In this document: positions 19,639 to 28,438 of the stretch, in pieces | How positions within the stretch are numbered: the stretch's first letter is position 1 | Layout: the number at the start of each line of letters is the position of its first letter | Origin: Methylococcaceae bacterium | Lineage (GTDB): Bacteria > Pseudomonadota > Gammaproteobacteria > Methylococcales > Methylococcaceae | Length of the DNA: 64,000 bases | Assembly: GCA_004299145.1 (NCBI GenBank) | Contig: SCQD01000173.1 | Span: 253-64,252 of the forward strand | Direction: 5' to 3' | Made by a program: the position numbers and the translations under genes | Notes under the pieces: model-generated | What the model saw: the letters and a program-made list of their open reading frames with translations, nothing else | What the model was told of the DNA's origin: nothing | The model's database searches: none

Positions 19639-20520
19639 ATGCAAAAAAGCCCTAATCCCCGCATCGCCACGGGCGTAGCCGGCTTTGCCGAACACTACGA
19701 GGTTTTCCTGGTCGATCAATGGGGCGTGCTGCACGACGGGCAAACGCCATTCCCCGGCGCTATCGACTGCCTGCGCCGCTTGCAGACCCTAGGCAAGCGC
19801 GTGGTGATCCTCAGCAACTCCGGCAAGCGGGCGGCGGACAACGCGGCAAGATTGCGGACCATGGACATTACCGAGGACTGCTATACGGCGCTGGTGACTT
19901 CCGGCGAAGTGGTGCGGGCACAGCTGGCGGCGCGCACGGCCCCGTTCGTGCCGACTCTGGGCCGTCGTTGTTTACTGCTGAGCAGCGACGGCACGGACAA
20001 GCTGGTACAAGGCCTGGACGTCGAGGTGGTGCGGACGGTGGCGGCGGCCGACTTCATCCTACTGGCCGGCGTCGCCGACGAACACGCCATGACCTATTAC
20101 CAGCCCATGCTGGAATACGGCAGCACACACGGCCTGCCCCTGATCTGCGCCAATCCCGACCTGATGCGCTTCTCGCCGCAAGGATTAACGTTCAGCGCGG
20201 GCGAACTGGCGCGCCGCTACGAACAACTGGGCGGCACCGTGCACTACGTCGGCAAACCCCACGAAGCGATCTACCGCTATTGCGGCCAGGTGCTGGGGGA
20301 CTTCGACCCGCACCATGCCGTCGCCATCGGCGATTCGGTGTGCCACGACGTGGTCGGCGGCGCCAAGGCAGGATTGGCCACCGCCTTGGTCACCGGCGGC
20401 ATACACCACGCCGATTTCGCCGACGTGATCGACGATGCCCAGCGCTTGAAGCGCGTGTCCGCCATTGCCAGGGAGCATGGCATCCGGCCGGATTGGGTGA
20501 TTCCCGGCTTTGCCTGGTAA
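19639..20520 (+). CDS. HAD-IIA family hydrolase (TIGR01459-like)
   Basis: FLVDQWGVLHDG, ILSNSGKR, IGDSVCHDVVGG. Confidence 0.8.
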   Translation: MQKSPNPRIATGVAGFAEHYEVFLVDQWGVLHDGQTPFPGAIDCLRRLQTLGKRVVILSNSGKRAADNAARLRTMDITEDCYTALVTSGEVVRAQLAARTAPFVPTLGRRCLLLSSDGTDKLVQGLDVEVVRTVAAADFILLAGVADEHAMTYYQPMLEYGSTHGLPLICANPDLMRFSPQGLTFSAGELARRYEQLGGTVHYVGKPHEAIYRYCGQVLGDFDPHHAVAIGDSVCHDVVGGAKAGLATALVTGGIHHADFADVIDDAQRLKRVSAIAREHGIRPDWVIPGFAW

Positions 20521-20585
20521 ACAATCTCTCAAGAAACACCACGTGTTTCTTCGGCACGATTTGCGGCGCTGTGCCGATTACTTCG

Positions 20586-22493
20586 CTAACCAGCCTCCAA
20601 CGCTGCCTGCGCCGCTTCCAAAACCTCATAGGCGCTGAGCCAGGCTTCTTCCGCCGCACCACGCTGACCTGTCAGGTCTTTCTGCTGCTGCATGATTTGC
20701 AGCAAGCGTTGCTTGTTTTCCGCCTCGTAAATCGCCGGATCGCCCAACGCCTCTTGCAGCTGGGCGAGTTCGCCGTTGAGCTTTTCCAACTGCCGTTCAG
20801 CACGGTCGACCTGAACCTGCAAAGGCCGCAGCTGTTCGCGGCGCGCGGCGTCTTGGCGGCGCTGGTCTTTGCGGCTCAGCCCGGCGTCCTGAGGCTGTGC
20901 GGCGCTGCCCGGCGCATCGCTGTTGCGGCGGCGCGCCAGCCACTGGCGGTAGTCTTCCAGATCGCCCGCATAGGCTTCGGCCTTGCCGTCGGCAACCAGC
21001 CAAAACTGGTCGCAGACGCTACGCAGCAAGTGGCGGTCATGCGACACCAGCAGCAGCGCGCCGCCATAGTCCTGCAAAGCCACGGCCAGCGCATCGCGCG
21101 CGTCCAGGTCCAGGTGGTTGGTGGGCTCGTCCAGCAACAGCAGATTGGGTTTTTGATATACCAACAAGGCCAGCACCAGGCGGGCTTTTTCGCCGCCGGA
21201 CATGCTGCCCGCCTCTTGCAGCGCCATATCGCCACAAAAGCCGAAACTGCCCAGAAAACCGCGCAAATCCCGTTCCTGGGCGCGCGGCGCCAAACGCTGC
21301 AAATGCAGCAGCGCGCTGGCGTCTTCGGACAGTTGCTCCAACTGGTGCTGGGCAAAATAGCCGATTTTCAAATCCTGCGCGCTGACGCGCCGGCCCTGCT
21401 GCGCTGCCAGGCTGCCGGCCAGCAGCTTGACCAGGGTGGACTTGCCCGCGCCGTTGGGGCCGAGCAAGCCGATGCGGTCGCCCGGCGCCAGCGTCATTTT
21501 GACCTTGTTCAGGATTTGCCTGCCGCCATAACCCACGCTGGTTTCGTCCAGGCTGAGCAAAGGTTCCGGGAGTTTTTCCGGCTGGGGAAAGGCGAATTGA
21601 AACGGGCTGTCGGGGTGGGCGGCGGCGATCAGCTCCATTTTCGCCAGCGCCTTGAGCCGGCTTTGCGCCTGGGTAGCCTTGGTGGCTTTGGCGCCGAAGC
21701 GGTCGATGAAAGAGCGCATGCGCGCCACTTCCCGCTGCTGCCTTTCGTACAACGCTTGCTGCTGAGCCAGGCTTTCGGCGCGGAATTTTTCGAACGCCGT
21801 GTAGTTGCCGGTATAGAGCGTGACCCGGCCGTTTTCGATGCGCAGAATCTGGTTGGCGACATCATCCAGAAAATCGCGGTCGTGCGAGATCAGCAGCAAA
21901 GTGCCGGAATACGTGCTCAGCCATTCTTGCAGCCAGATCACCGCGTCCAGGTCCAAGTGGTTGGTGGGCTCGTCCAGCAGCAGCAGATCGGAGCGGCACA
22001 TCAGCGCCTGGGCCAGATTGAGCCGCATGCGCCAGCCGCCGGAAAACTGCTGGACCGAGGTCTCTTCCTGGCCGGGCAAAAACCCCAGGCCGCGCAGCAA
22101 GCGCGCCGCCCGCGACCGGGCGGCGTAGCCGGCGATGGCGTCCAGTTGGGCGTGGATTTCCGATTGGCGCAGGCCGTCGCTGTGCAACTCCGCTTCGGCC
22201 AATTGCGCTTCCAGCCGGCGCAGTTCGGCGTCGCCGTCCATCACGTAATCGATGGCGCTGCGTTCCAGAGCGGGAGTTTCCTGGGCCACATGGGCGATCA
22301 TGAGCTGGGCAGGCACGTCGACCTGACCCAGATCGGCGTGCAAATCGCCCTGAATCAGCGCGAACAGGCTGGACTTGCCGGCGCCGTTGGCGCCGGTGAT
22401 GCCGACCTTGGCACCCCGGTGGATCGTAAAGCTGGCCTGTTCGAACAAAACCCGGGGACCGCGCCGCAGCGCGGCATCGATGAAGCTGATCAT
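20586..22493 (-). CDS. yheS: ABC-F ATPase YheS
   Basis: Collinear with E. coli YheS over its full length. Two ABC cassettes (GANGAGKSS / GPNGAGKST, LSGGWRMRLNLA) and a C-terminal coiled-coil. Confidence 0.92.
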   Translation of the reverse strand: MISFIDAALRRGPRVLFEQASFTIHRGAKVGITGANGAGKSSLFALIQGDLHADLGQVDVPAQLMIAHVAQETPALERSAIDYVMDGDAELRRLEAQLAEAELHSDGLRQSEIHAQLDAIAGYAARSRAARLLRGLGFLPGQEETSVQQFSGGWRMRLNLAQALMCRSDLLLLDEPTNHLDLDAVIWLQEWLSTYSGTLLLISHDRDFLDDVANQILRIENGRVTLYTGNYTAFEKFRAESLAQQQALYERQQREVARMRSFIDRFGAKATKATQAQSRLKALAKMELIAAAHPDSPFQFAFPQPEKLPEPLLSLDETSVGYGGRQILNKVKMTLAPGDRIGLLGPNGAGKSTLVKLLAGSLAAQQGRRVSAQDLKIGYFAQHQLEQLSEDASALLHLQRLAPRAQERDLRGFLGSFGFCGDMALQEAGSMSGGEKARLVLALLVYQKPNLLLLDEPTNHLDLDARDALAVALQDYGGALLLVSHDRHLLRSVCDQFWLVADGKAEAYAGDLEDYRQWLARRRNSDAPGSAAQPQDAGLSRKDQRRQDAARREQLRPLQVQVDRAERQLEKLNGELAQLQEALGDPAIYEAENKQRLLQIMQQQKDLTGQRGAAEEAWLSAYEVLEAAQAALEAG

Positions 22494-22508
22494 GGGGCGG
22501 GGCGGGCT

Positions 22509-23033
22509 TTATTCGGCGGCGGCGATGCGTTCGTCGGCCTCGCGGATAAACTCGTGCAAATCACCATTTTTGATGGTGGCGCGGGGCACGACCAAAGCCG
22601 TGTTCAGCGACAGAAAAATGAAGGCGTAATTTTTGGTGGCTTCCACGCGCAACACCGAACTCCAGTTGACGTGAGCAGACTGGCCGTCGGGCGATACTTC
22701 CACCAGGCTGGTAGGCTCGACGCGCAAGGTATAACGGCCCTGGGCGGAAACTTTTTCTTCTTCCGTATACAAACTGCGCAGCTGGCGGCGCGCGCTCCAG
22801 AGGAAAATATACGGCGCAGCCCCCGCCCACACCATCGCCACGACCATGAGAATGATGGCGGGAATCACGGCTTGCAGATAAAACCACAGCCCCAGTACCA
22901 ACAGAGACAATATGCCCGGCACCACCACTTGGTGGAGGCGCAGGGCTTTTTGCATGGGCTTGGATTCTTGCAGCAAGTGTTCGTTGAAGGCGTACAAATC
23001 TTGTTCGCGCACTTCGTATTCGATTTCAGTCAT
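22509..23033 (-). CDS. YcxB-like membrane protein
   Basis: 174 aa. Two central TM helices. The family call is tentative. Confidence 0.5.
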   Translation of the reverse strand: MTEIEYEVREQDLYAFNEHLLQESKPMQKALRLHQVVVPGILSLLVLGLWFYLQAVIPAIILMVVAMVWAGAAPYIFLWSARRQLRSLYTEEEKVSAQGRYTLRVEPTSLVEVSPDGQSAHVNWSSVLRVEATKNYAFIFLSLNTALVVPRATIKNGDLHEFIREADERIAAAE

Positions 23034-23162
23034 GGTTCGGTTACCGGGTTGCGATGATAGGGTGATGGTCTTGCGGGGAAATGGCTAGGTAACGCCAAAA
23101 AAGCAGGATAGTATACGCAATTACGGCCATTCGGGCCGGCCAACACGACGAGAGGCAACACC

Positions 23163-23630
23163 ATGAAAGGCGACGGCAAAGTCATCGAACACCTCAATCA
23201 CTTGCTGGCCGGCGAGCTGACCGCCGTCGACCAGTACTTTATCCACTCCCGCATGTACCAGGAATGGGGCTTGAGCAAACTGCACAGCCACGTGGAACAC
23301 GAAATGCAGGAAGAGCAAGCCCACGCCAGCCATCTGGTGCGGCGGATTTTGTTTCTGGAAGGCACGCCCGACGTCGGCTCCCGCGCCCCGTTGCACGTCG
23401 GCCAGGACGTCACGCAAATGCTGCGCAACGACCTGGATTTGGAATACCGGGTGATCAGCGAATTGCGCGAGGTGATCACCTATTGCGAAACAGTGCAGGA
23501 TTATGAAACGCGCAATATTCTGCAAGGGTTGCTGAAGGATACCGAGGAAGACCACACCCGCTGGCTGGAAATCCAGCTGGGTCTCATCGACAAAATCGGC
23601 CTGCCCAACTATATCCAATCGCAGATGTAG
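23163..23630 (+). CDS. bfr: bacterioferritin
   Basis: MKGDGKVIEHLNHLLAGELTAVDQYFIHSRMY. 155 aa. Confidence 0.95.
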   Translation: MKGDGKVIEHLNHLLAGELTAVDQYFIHSRMYQEWGLSKLHSHVEHEMQEEQAHASHLVRRILFLEGTPDVGSRAPLHVGQDVTQMLRNDLDLEYRVISELREVITYCETVQDYETRNILQGLLKDTEEDHTRWLEIQLGLIDKIGLPNYIQSQM

Positions 23631-23669
23631 ACCGGAAAAACAGGAACCATCCCCCAATCGCTGCAACAG

Positions 23670-23720
23670 AAAGCCGTTCGTGCTGAGCCCTGCCACGGGC
23701 CACGCCACGAACGGCTTTTA
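23670..23720 (+). terminator. putative bfr terminator hairpin
   Basis: AAAGCCGTTCGTG ... CACGAACGGCTTT followed by TT. The loop is large (about 23 nt), so this is only moderately convincing. Confidence 0.4.
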
Positions 23721-23815
23721 CGGAATCAAATCGGAGCCGACTTCAAAGCCAAGGTCGAGACTGAGTTCAACAAAATGATCGAAGAACAGGCTCATGGCAA
23801 CTGACCTATCGCTGG

Positions 23816-24105
23816 ATGAACTCGACAGCGACCGCTGTCTCGGATGACAGCCCCCATTCTGAGACCCTGTTCAAAACGCTCAAGTACCGGCCGGCTTTCC
23901 CGACCCGCTTCGGTTGTATCGAGGATGCCCGTAGTCATTGCCAACGCTTCTCCCCGTGGTACAGCCAGTCCCATTGTCATTCGGGCATCGGCGTGTGACC
24001 CCGGCTGCCGTCCATTCCGGCCAAGCCGCCGCCGTCTACCAGGAACGCGCCAAAAATAAATCACCTTGGTGTCTCAAAGTCATTGATACATTCCGTCCGC
24101 GATAA
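23816..24105 (+). pseudogene. C-terminal remnant of an rve-type (IS3/IS481-like) transposase, frameshifted
   Basis: DDSPHSETLFKTLKYRPAFPTRFGCIEDARSHCQRFSPWYSQSHCHSGIG is followed, after a frameshift, by (M)TPAAVHSGQAAAVYQERA. No catalytic N-terminal part is present. Confidence 0.65.
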
Positions 24106-24153
24106 AACCGCCTTAAATCAACGCAAAGTTATATACGATTACCGAGACACGCC

Positions 24154-25404
24154 ATGTTGAAAACCGAATTATTGGAAATCATCGCCAACGGCGAAAACTC
24201 CGGGATTGAATTTAAGCGGGATGATATTCGCCCCGAACAGTTGGCTAAAGAGATAGTCGCACTGGCAAACCTTCAAGGCGGCAGGCTGCTCCTCGGCGTC
24301 GAGGATGATGGGACGATATCGGGACTCCAGCAAAAGAATACTCAGGAATGGGTTCTGAATGTGTTTCGTGACAAAGTGTTTCCTCAAATTATCCCATTTT
24401 ATGAGGAGATAAAAATCGATGATCAGCGCCGGGTTGCTGTCATTACGATTGCGCCTGGCATTTCCAAACCGTACATGCTTAAACACGACAACAGGGAGGA
24501 GATTTATATCCGTATGGGAGACCGTTCTGAAAAGGCCTCCCGAGAACAGCAATTGCGGCTTTTTGAAAGCGGTGGATTACTGCGTGTTGAAGTGCTTCCT
24601 GTGGCAGGAACTTCGTTGGATAATCTGGATATTGATCGGCTCAGTTACTATTTTTCAGCCATCGTAGGTGACCCTGAAATACCCAAGTCCGGCTCGGAAT
24701 GGGAGGAGCGGCTAATGGGTTTCGGCCTGATGGCTTCCGACGGCTTGGGAAATACGGTGTGCTCAGTAGCCGGGTTGATCTGCTTCGGAATCAATCCACG
24801 GCGATTTCTTCGACAGGCCGGATTGCGCGTGATGGCCTTTGCCGGAACAGAAAAAGAATATCGGGCTTTGCTGGATATAGTGTTGGATGCTCCGTTAGTT
24901 GGGCGATGGAAAGTCAACGATGCAGGGAAAAAACAGTTGGTCGATGATGGTCTGATTGAAAAATTTGCGGCAGCCATAGTTCCTTTCATTACCCAAGAGG
25001 CTGCTGGTATTGATGAACATATGCGCCGAGAAAAGATAGAGTTTTATCCTTGGGAAGCAGTTCGTGAAACGGTAATCAATGCCCTCGCGCATCGTGACTG
25101 GACAAGGGCAGTAGATATAGAAGTAACAAATTATTCGGACCGATTAGAAGTTATCAGCCCCGGCAAACTTCAAAACTCCATGACTATTAGCAAAATGGTT
25201 GCAGGACAACGATCACCACGAAACACACTGATTATGGAAATCCTTCGTGATTATGCCTATGTTGATTCACGAGGCATGGGTGTGCGCACCAAAGTGATTC
25301 CACTGATGAAAAAATTTAACCAGGCTGAGCCGATTTTTGAGGCAACAGAGGATTATTTGAAGACGGTTTTGCCGAAAAAACAATCAAATCACGCCTCCGC
25401 ATAG
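24154..25404 (+). CDS. AlbA_2/Schlafen-type DNA-binding domain + HATPase_c_4-like ATPase (RecG-like putative regulator family)
   Basis: N-terminus LEIIANGENSGIEFKRD...ALANLQGGRLLLGVEDDG is the AlbA_2 hallmark. 416 aa. AT-richer than the flanks and adjacent to the IS remnant. Confidence 0.7.
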   Translation: MLKTELLEIIANGENSGIEFKRDDIRPEQLAKEIVALANLQGGRLLLGVEDDGTISGLQQKNTQEWVLNVFRDKVFPQIIPFYEEIKIDDQRRVAVITIAPGISKPYMLKHDNREEIYIRMGDRSEKASREQQLRLFESGGLLRVEVLPVAGTSLDNLDIDRLSYYFSAIVGDPEIPKSGSEWEERLMGFGLMASDGLGNTVCSVAGLICFGINPRRFLRQAGLRVMAFAGTEKEYRALLDIVLDAPLVGRWKVNDAGKKQLVDDGLIEKFAAAIVPFITQEAAGIDEHMRREKIEFYPWEAVRETVINALAHRDWTRAVDIEVTNYSDRLEVISPGKLQNSMTISKMVAGQRSPRNTLIMEILRDYAYVDSRGMGVRTKVIPLMKKFNQAEPIFEATEDYLKTVLPKKQSNHASA

Positions 25405-27524
25405 CGCGCCGCCGTTCCCAGCCAACGTTCGATCAACCCCAGCACCCGCTCCGGATGCTCTTGCCGCACGCTTTCCGCCGCCGCTTTGACGGCGTCCAGC
25501 AGGCTTTCATCGCGGCTCAAGTCGGCGATGCGAAACTGGATCTGGCCGGTCTGGCGCGTGCCCAGCACTTCACCGGGGCCGCGCAGTTGCAGGTCTTTTT
25601 CGGCGATGCGGAAGCCGTCGCCGGTCTCGCGCAAAATCCCCAGCCGTTCGCGCGCCAGGTTGCTCAGCGGCGGCTGGTACATGAGCAGACAGTGCGCCGC
25701 GCCGGGGCCGCGCCCTACCCTGCCGCGCAACTGGTGCAGCTGCGCCAGCCCCAGCCGCTCGGCGTTTTCGATGATCATCAGGCTGGCGTTGGGCACGTCC
25801 ACGCCCACTTCGATCACCGTGGTGGCCACCAGCAAATCCAGCGCTTTGCCTTTGAACGCCTGCATGACGGCGTCTTTGTCCGCCGCTTTCATGCGACCGT
25901 GCACCAGCCCCACCCGCACCGCCGGCAAGGCTTCGGTCAGGCGCAGGGCGGTGGCTTCGGCGGCTTCGCACTGTAGCGCTTCCGATTCTTCGATCAGGGT
26001 GCACACCCAGTACACCTGCCGGCCTTGCGCCACCCATTGCTCGATGCGGGCGACGATCTCGTCGCGGCGGCCGGCGGCGATCACGCTGGTGGTGACCGGC
26101 GTGCGGCCCGGCGGCAGTTCGTCGATCACCGACACGTCCAGATCGGCGTAGCCCAGCATCGCCAGCGTGCGCGGTATGGGCGTGGCGGTCATGATGAGCT
26201 GATGGGGACAGACGCCGTTGGCGACGCCTTTTTCGCGCAACGCCAGCCGTTGGTGCACGCCGAAGCGGTGTTGCTCGTCCACCAGCGCCAGGCCCAGCTT
26301 GGCGAAGCGCACTTGTTCCTGGAACAAGGCGTGGGTGCCGACGGCGACGCCGATGCCACCCGCCGCCAGCTCTTCCAGCGCCGCGCGCCGGGCGGCGCCC
26401 TTGCAGCGGGCGGTGAGGCCGATCAGGCGCACGCCCAGCGGCTCCAGCCAAGCGCTGAAACTGCCGTAGTGCTGCTCCGCCAGCAGTTCGGTCGGCGCCA
26501 TCAGCGCCACTTGCCAACCGCCGGCCAGCGCCATCAGCGCCGCATAAGCCGCCACCACGGTCTTGCCCGAGCCCACGTCGCCTTGCAGCAAGCGCAGCAT
26601 GGGCTGGCCCGATGCCAGATCCCGGCTCACTTCGGCGATCACCCGCTGCTGCGCGGCGGTCAGGGCAAACGGCAGTTTGGCGGCAAATTCCTGCAAGACT
26701 TCCGGCTGGGCCTGCAACAGCGGCGCCGCTTGTTGCTTGATACGGCCGCGCAAGCGGCCCAGGCTGAGGTGGTGCGCCAGCAGTTCTTCAAAAGCCAGGC
26801 GCCGGCGCGCTTGGTCCAGCGCTGTGGTAAAGCCGTTGCCGGTGCCGGGCGGCGGGTTGTGCAGCGTGAGCAGGGCTTGATTCAGGCTGGGCCAGCGTTG
26901 CGCCTGGGCTATAACCTCCGGCAACCAGTCCGCCAGCGTGTGTTCGTGCAGCAGCGCCACGGCTTGGGTCGCCAGCCGCCGCAGCGTGTGTTGACTGAGG
27001 CCTTCGGTGAGCGGATAGACCGGCGTCAAGCCGCTTTCGAGCGGCGTGACGTCCAGCGCTTCCACCACTTGGTACTCGGGGTGCACCATTTCCCAGCCGT
27101 AAAAACCGCTGCGCACTTCGCCGAAACAGCTCAGCAGCGCCCCGCGCGTCAACTGTTCGCGCTGGCGCTGGGTATAGTGAAAAAAGCGCAGGTAAAGATG
27201 GCCGCTGCCGTCGCCGATCTGGCAGACCAGCGAACGCCGCCCTTTGGCGACGATTTCGGTGGTTTCCACCTGGCCTTGCGCCAAGGCGGACAAACCGGGT
27301 TGCAACTGGCGAATCGGGGTGACGCGGGTGCGGTCTTCGTAGCGCAGCGGCAGGTGAAACAGCAGGTCGCGCACCGTGCGGATATCCAGCTTTTCCAGCT
27401 TGTTCAGCGTCGCCGCGCCCGCGCCCTTGAGCGCCGCCACCGACATGTTTTCCCAGGATTGCCGTTGCGGCGTCGATTTGACCATTGACGGAGTGTGTTG
27501 CCAAACAGGTGGTGGTATATCCAT
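25389..27524 (-). CDS. recG: ATP-dependent DNA helicase RecG
   Basis: Wedge domain plus SF2 helicase motifs (GDVGSGKT, DEQHRFG, TATPIPRT, QLHQLRGRVGRG). The true start may lie downstream of 27524. The 3' end overlaps the convergent gene by 16 nt. Confidence 0.93.
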   Translation of the reverse strand: MDIPPPVWQHTPSMVKSTPQRQSWENMSVAALKGAGAATLNKLEKLDIRTVRDLLFHLPLRYEDRTRVTPIRQLQPGLSALAQGQVETTEIVAKGRRSLVCQIGDGSGHLYLRFFHYTQRQREQLTRGALLSCFGEVRSGFYGWEMVHPEYQVVEALDVTPLESGLTPVYPLTEGLSQHTLRRLATQAVALLHEHTLADWLPEVIAQAQRWPSLNQALLTLHNPPPGTGNGFTTALDQARRRLAFEELLAHHLSLGRLRGRIKQQAAPLLQAQPEVLQEFAAKLPFALTAAQQRVIAEVSRDLASGQPMLRLLQGDVGSGKTVVAAYAALMALAGGWQVALMAPTELLAEQHYGSFSAWLEPLGVRLIGLTARCKGAARRAALEELAAGGIGVAVGTHALFQEQVRFAKLGLALVDEQHRFGVHQRLALREKGVANGVCPHQLIMTATPIPRTLAMLGYADLDVSVIDELPPGRTPVTTSVIAAGRRDEIVARIEQWVAQGRQVYWVCTLIEESEALQCEAAEATALRLTEALPAVRVGLVHGRMKAADKDAVMQAFKGKALDLLVATTVIEVGVDVPNASLMIIENAERLGLAQLHQLRGRVGRGPGAAHCLLMYQPPLSNLARERLGILRETGDGFRIAEKDLQLRGPGEVLGTRQTGQIQFRIADLSRDESLLDAVKAAAESVRQEHPERVLGLIERWLGTAARYAEA

Positions 27525-27613
27525 TCAAAAACATCCATTCCAGCGAGATTATGTAACAAAGGCCCAACCGGCGCCAACGCTGCCGGCCTGGGCTTTGCCA
27601 CCGCCCAACCGCC

Positions 27614-28429
27614 ATGAATCAGCGGGCCGATGCATTTTCCAGGATAATGTGGACTATTCGCTATGCCGGAGATATGACCGATTCCATGAATGATGCCGCA
27701 ATGCCACCCGAATTATTGAACAACCTCGACGAAAAAAACGGCGACCGCCACCCCTACCGCCGCATCCTCGCCAAAACCGCCATGCTGGCGCTGTTGCTGG
27801 GCTGTGGCCTGCTGGTCTACCTCACCCCGTTGAAAGATTGGCTGAGCCAGGGGCAACTCATCAAAACGCAGCTGGCGGCGCTGGGCTACTGGGCGCCGGC
27901 GGTTTACGTGCTGCTGGCCTCGCTGTCCGTCGTCATCGGCGTGCCGCGCATGTTGCTATGCTCCCTGGCCGGATTCGTGTTCGGTTTTACCTGGGGCTTG
28001 GCCTGGAGCCACCTGGCTACGCTGCTGGGTTCTTACGCCACTTTTTTGTTCGTGCGCTGGGGCGGCCGTTCCTGGTCGCTGGAACACTTTCCGCGCTTGC
28101 GCGGCTTTACCGGCCAGATGCACCAGCGCGGCATACTGGCGGTGCTGCTGATCCGCCAATTGCCCATGGCCGGCTTTTACAACAATCTGCTGCTGGGCCT
28201 GACGCCGGTCAACCACCGGGATTTCTGGATCGGCAGCATGCTCGGCTTTTTGCCCATGGGCGTCACCGCCACCCTGCTGGGCGCCGGGCTCATCCAGGCC
28301 GATGCCGCCCACGCCGCCCAATACATGGCGCTGGCGGCCATCAGTTTCGGCGCGCTGGGACTGGCGCTCAAGTGGCTATTGTTTGCAAGCAACTCGCCGC
28401 TGAGCCGCTTCCGCAACGATGATGCGTAA
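27614..28429 (+). CDS. TVP38/TMEM64 (DedA-related) family membrane protein
   Basis: Multiple TM helices. The start is uncertain. Confidence 0.65.
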   Translation: MNQRADAFSRIMWTIRYAGDMTDSMNDAAMPPELLNNLDEKNGDRHPYRRILAKTAMLALLLGCGLLVYLTPLKDWLSQGQLIKTQLAALGYWAPAVYVLLASLSVVIGVPRMLLCSLAGFVFGFTWGLAWSHLATLLGSYATFLFVRWGGRSWSLEHFPRLRGFTGQMHQRGILAVLLIRQLPMAGFYNNLLLGLTPVNHRDFWIGSMLGFLPMGVTATLLGAGLIQADAAHAAQYMALAAISFGALGLALKWLLFASNSPLSRFRNDDA

Positions 28430-28438
28430 GTGATACCC

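Noticed and set aside
19719-23057. 1,112-aa ORF on the + strand, the second-longest ORF in the track
   Set aside because: It has an Arg/Ala/Gly/Gln-rich low-complexity composition and no recognisable motifs. It is overlapped by strongly supported genes (HAD-IIA in another frame, yheS and the YcxB-like gene on the opposite strand). This is a typical GC-rich shadow ORF.
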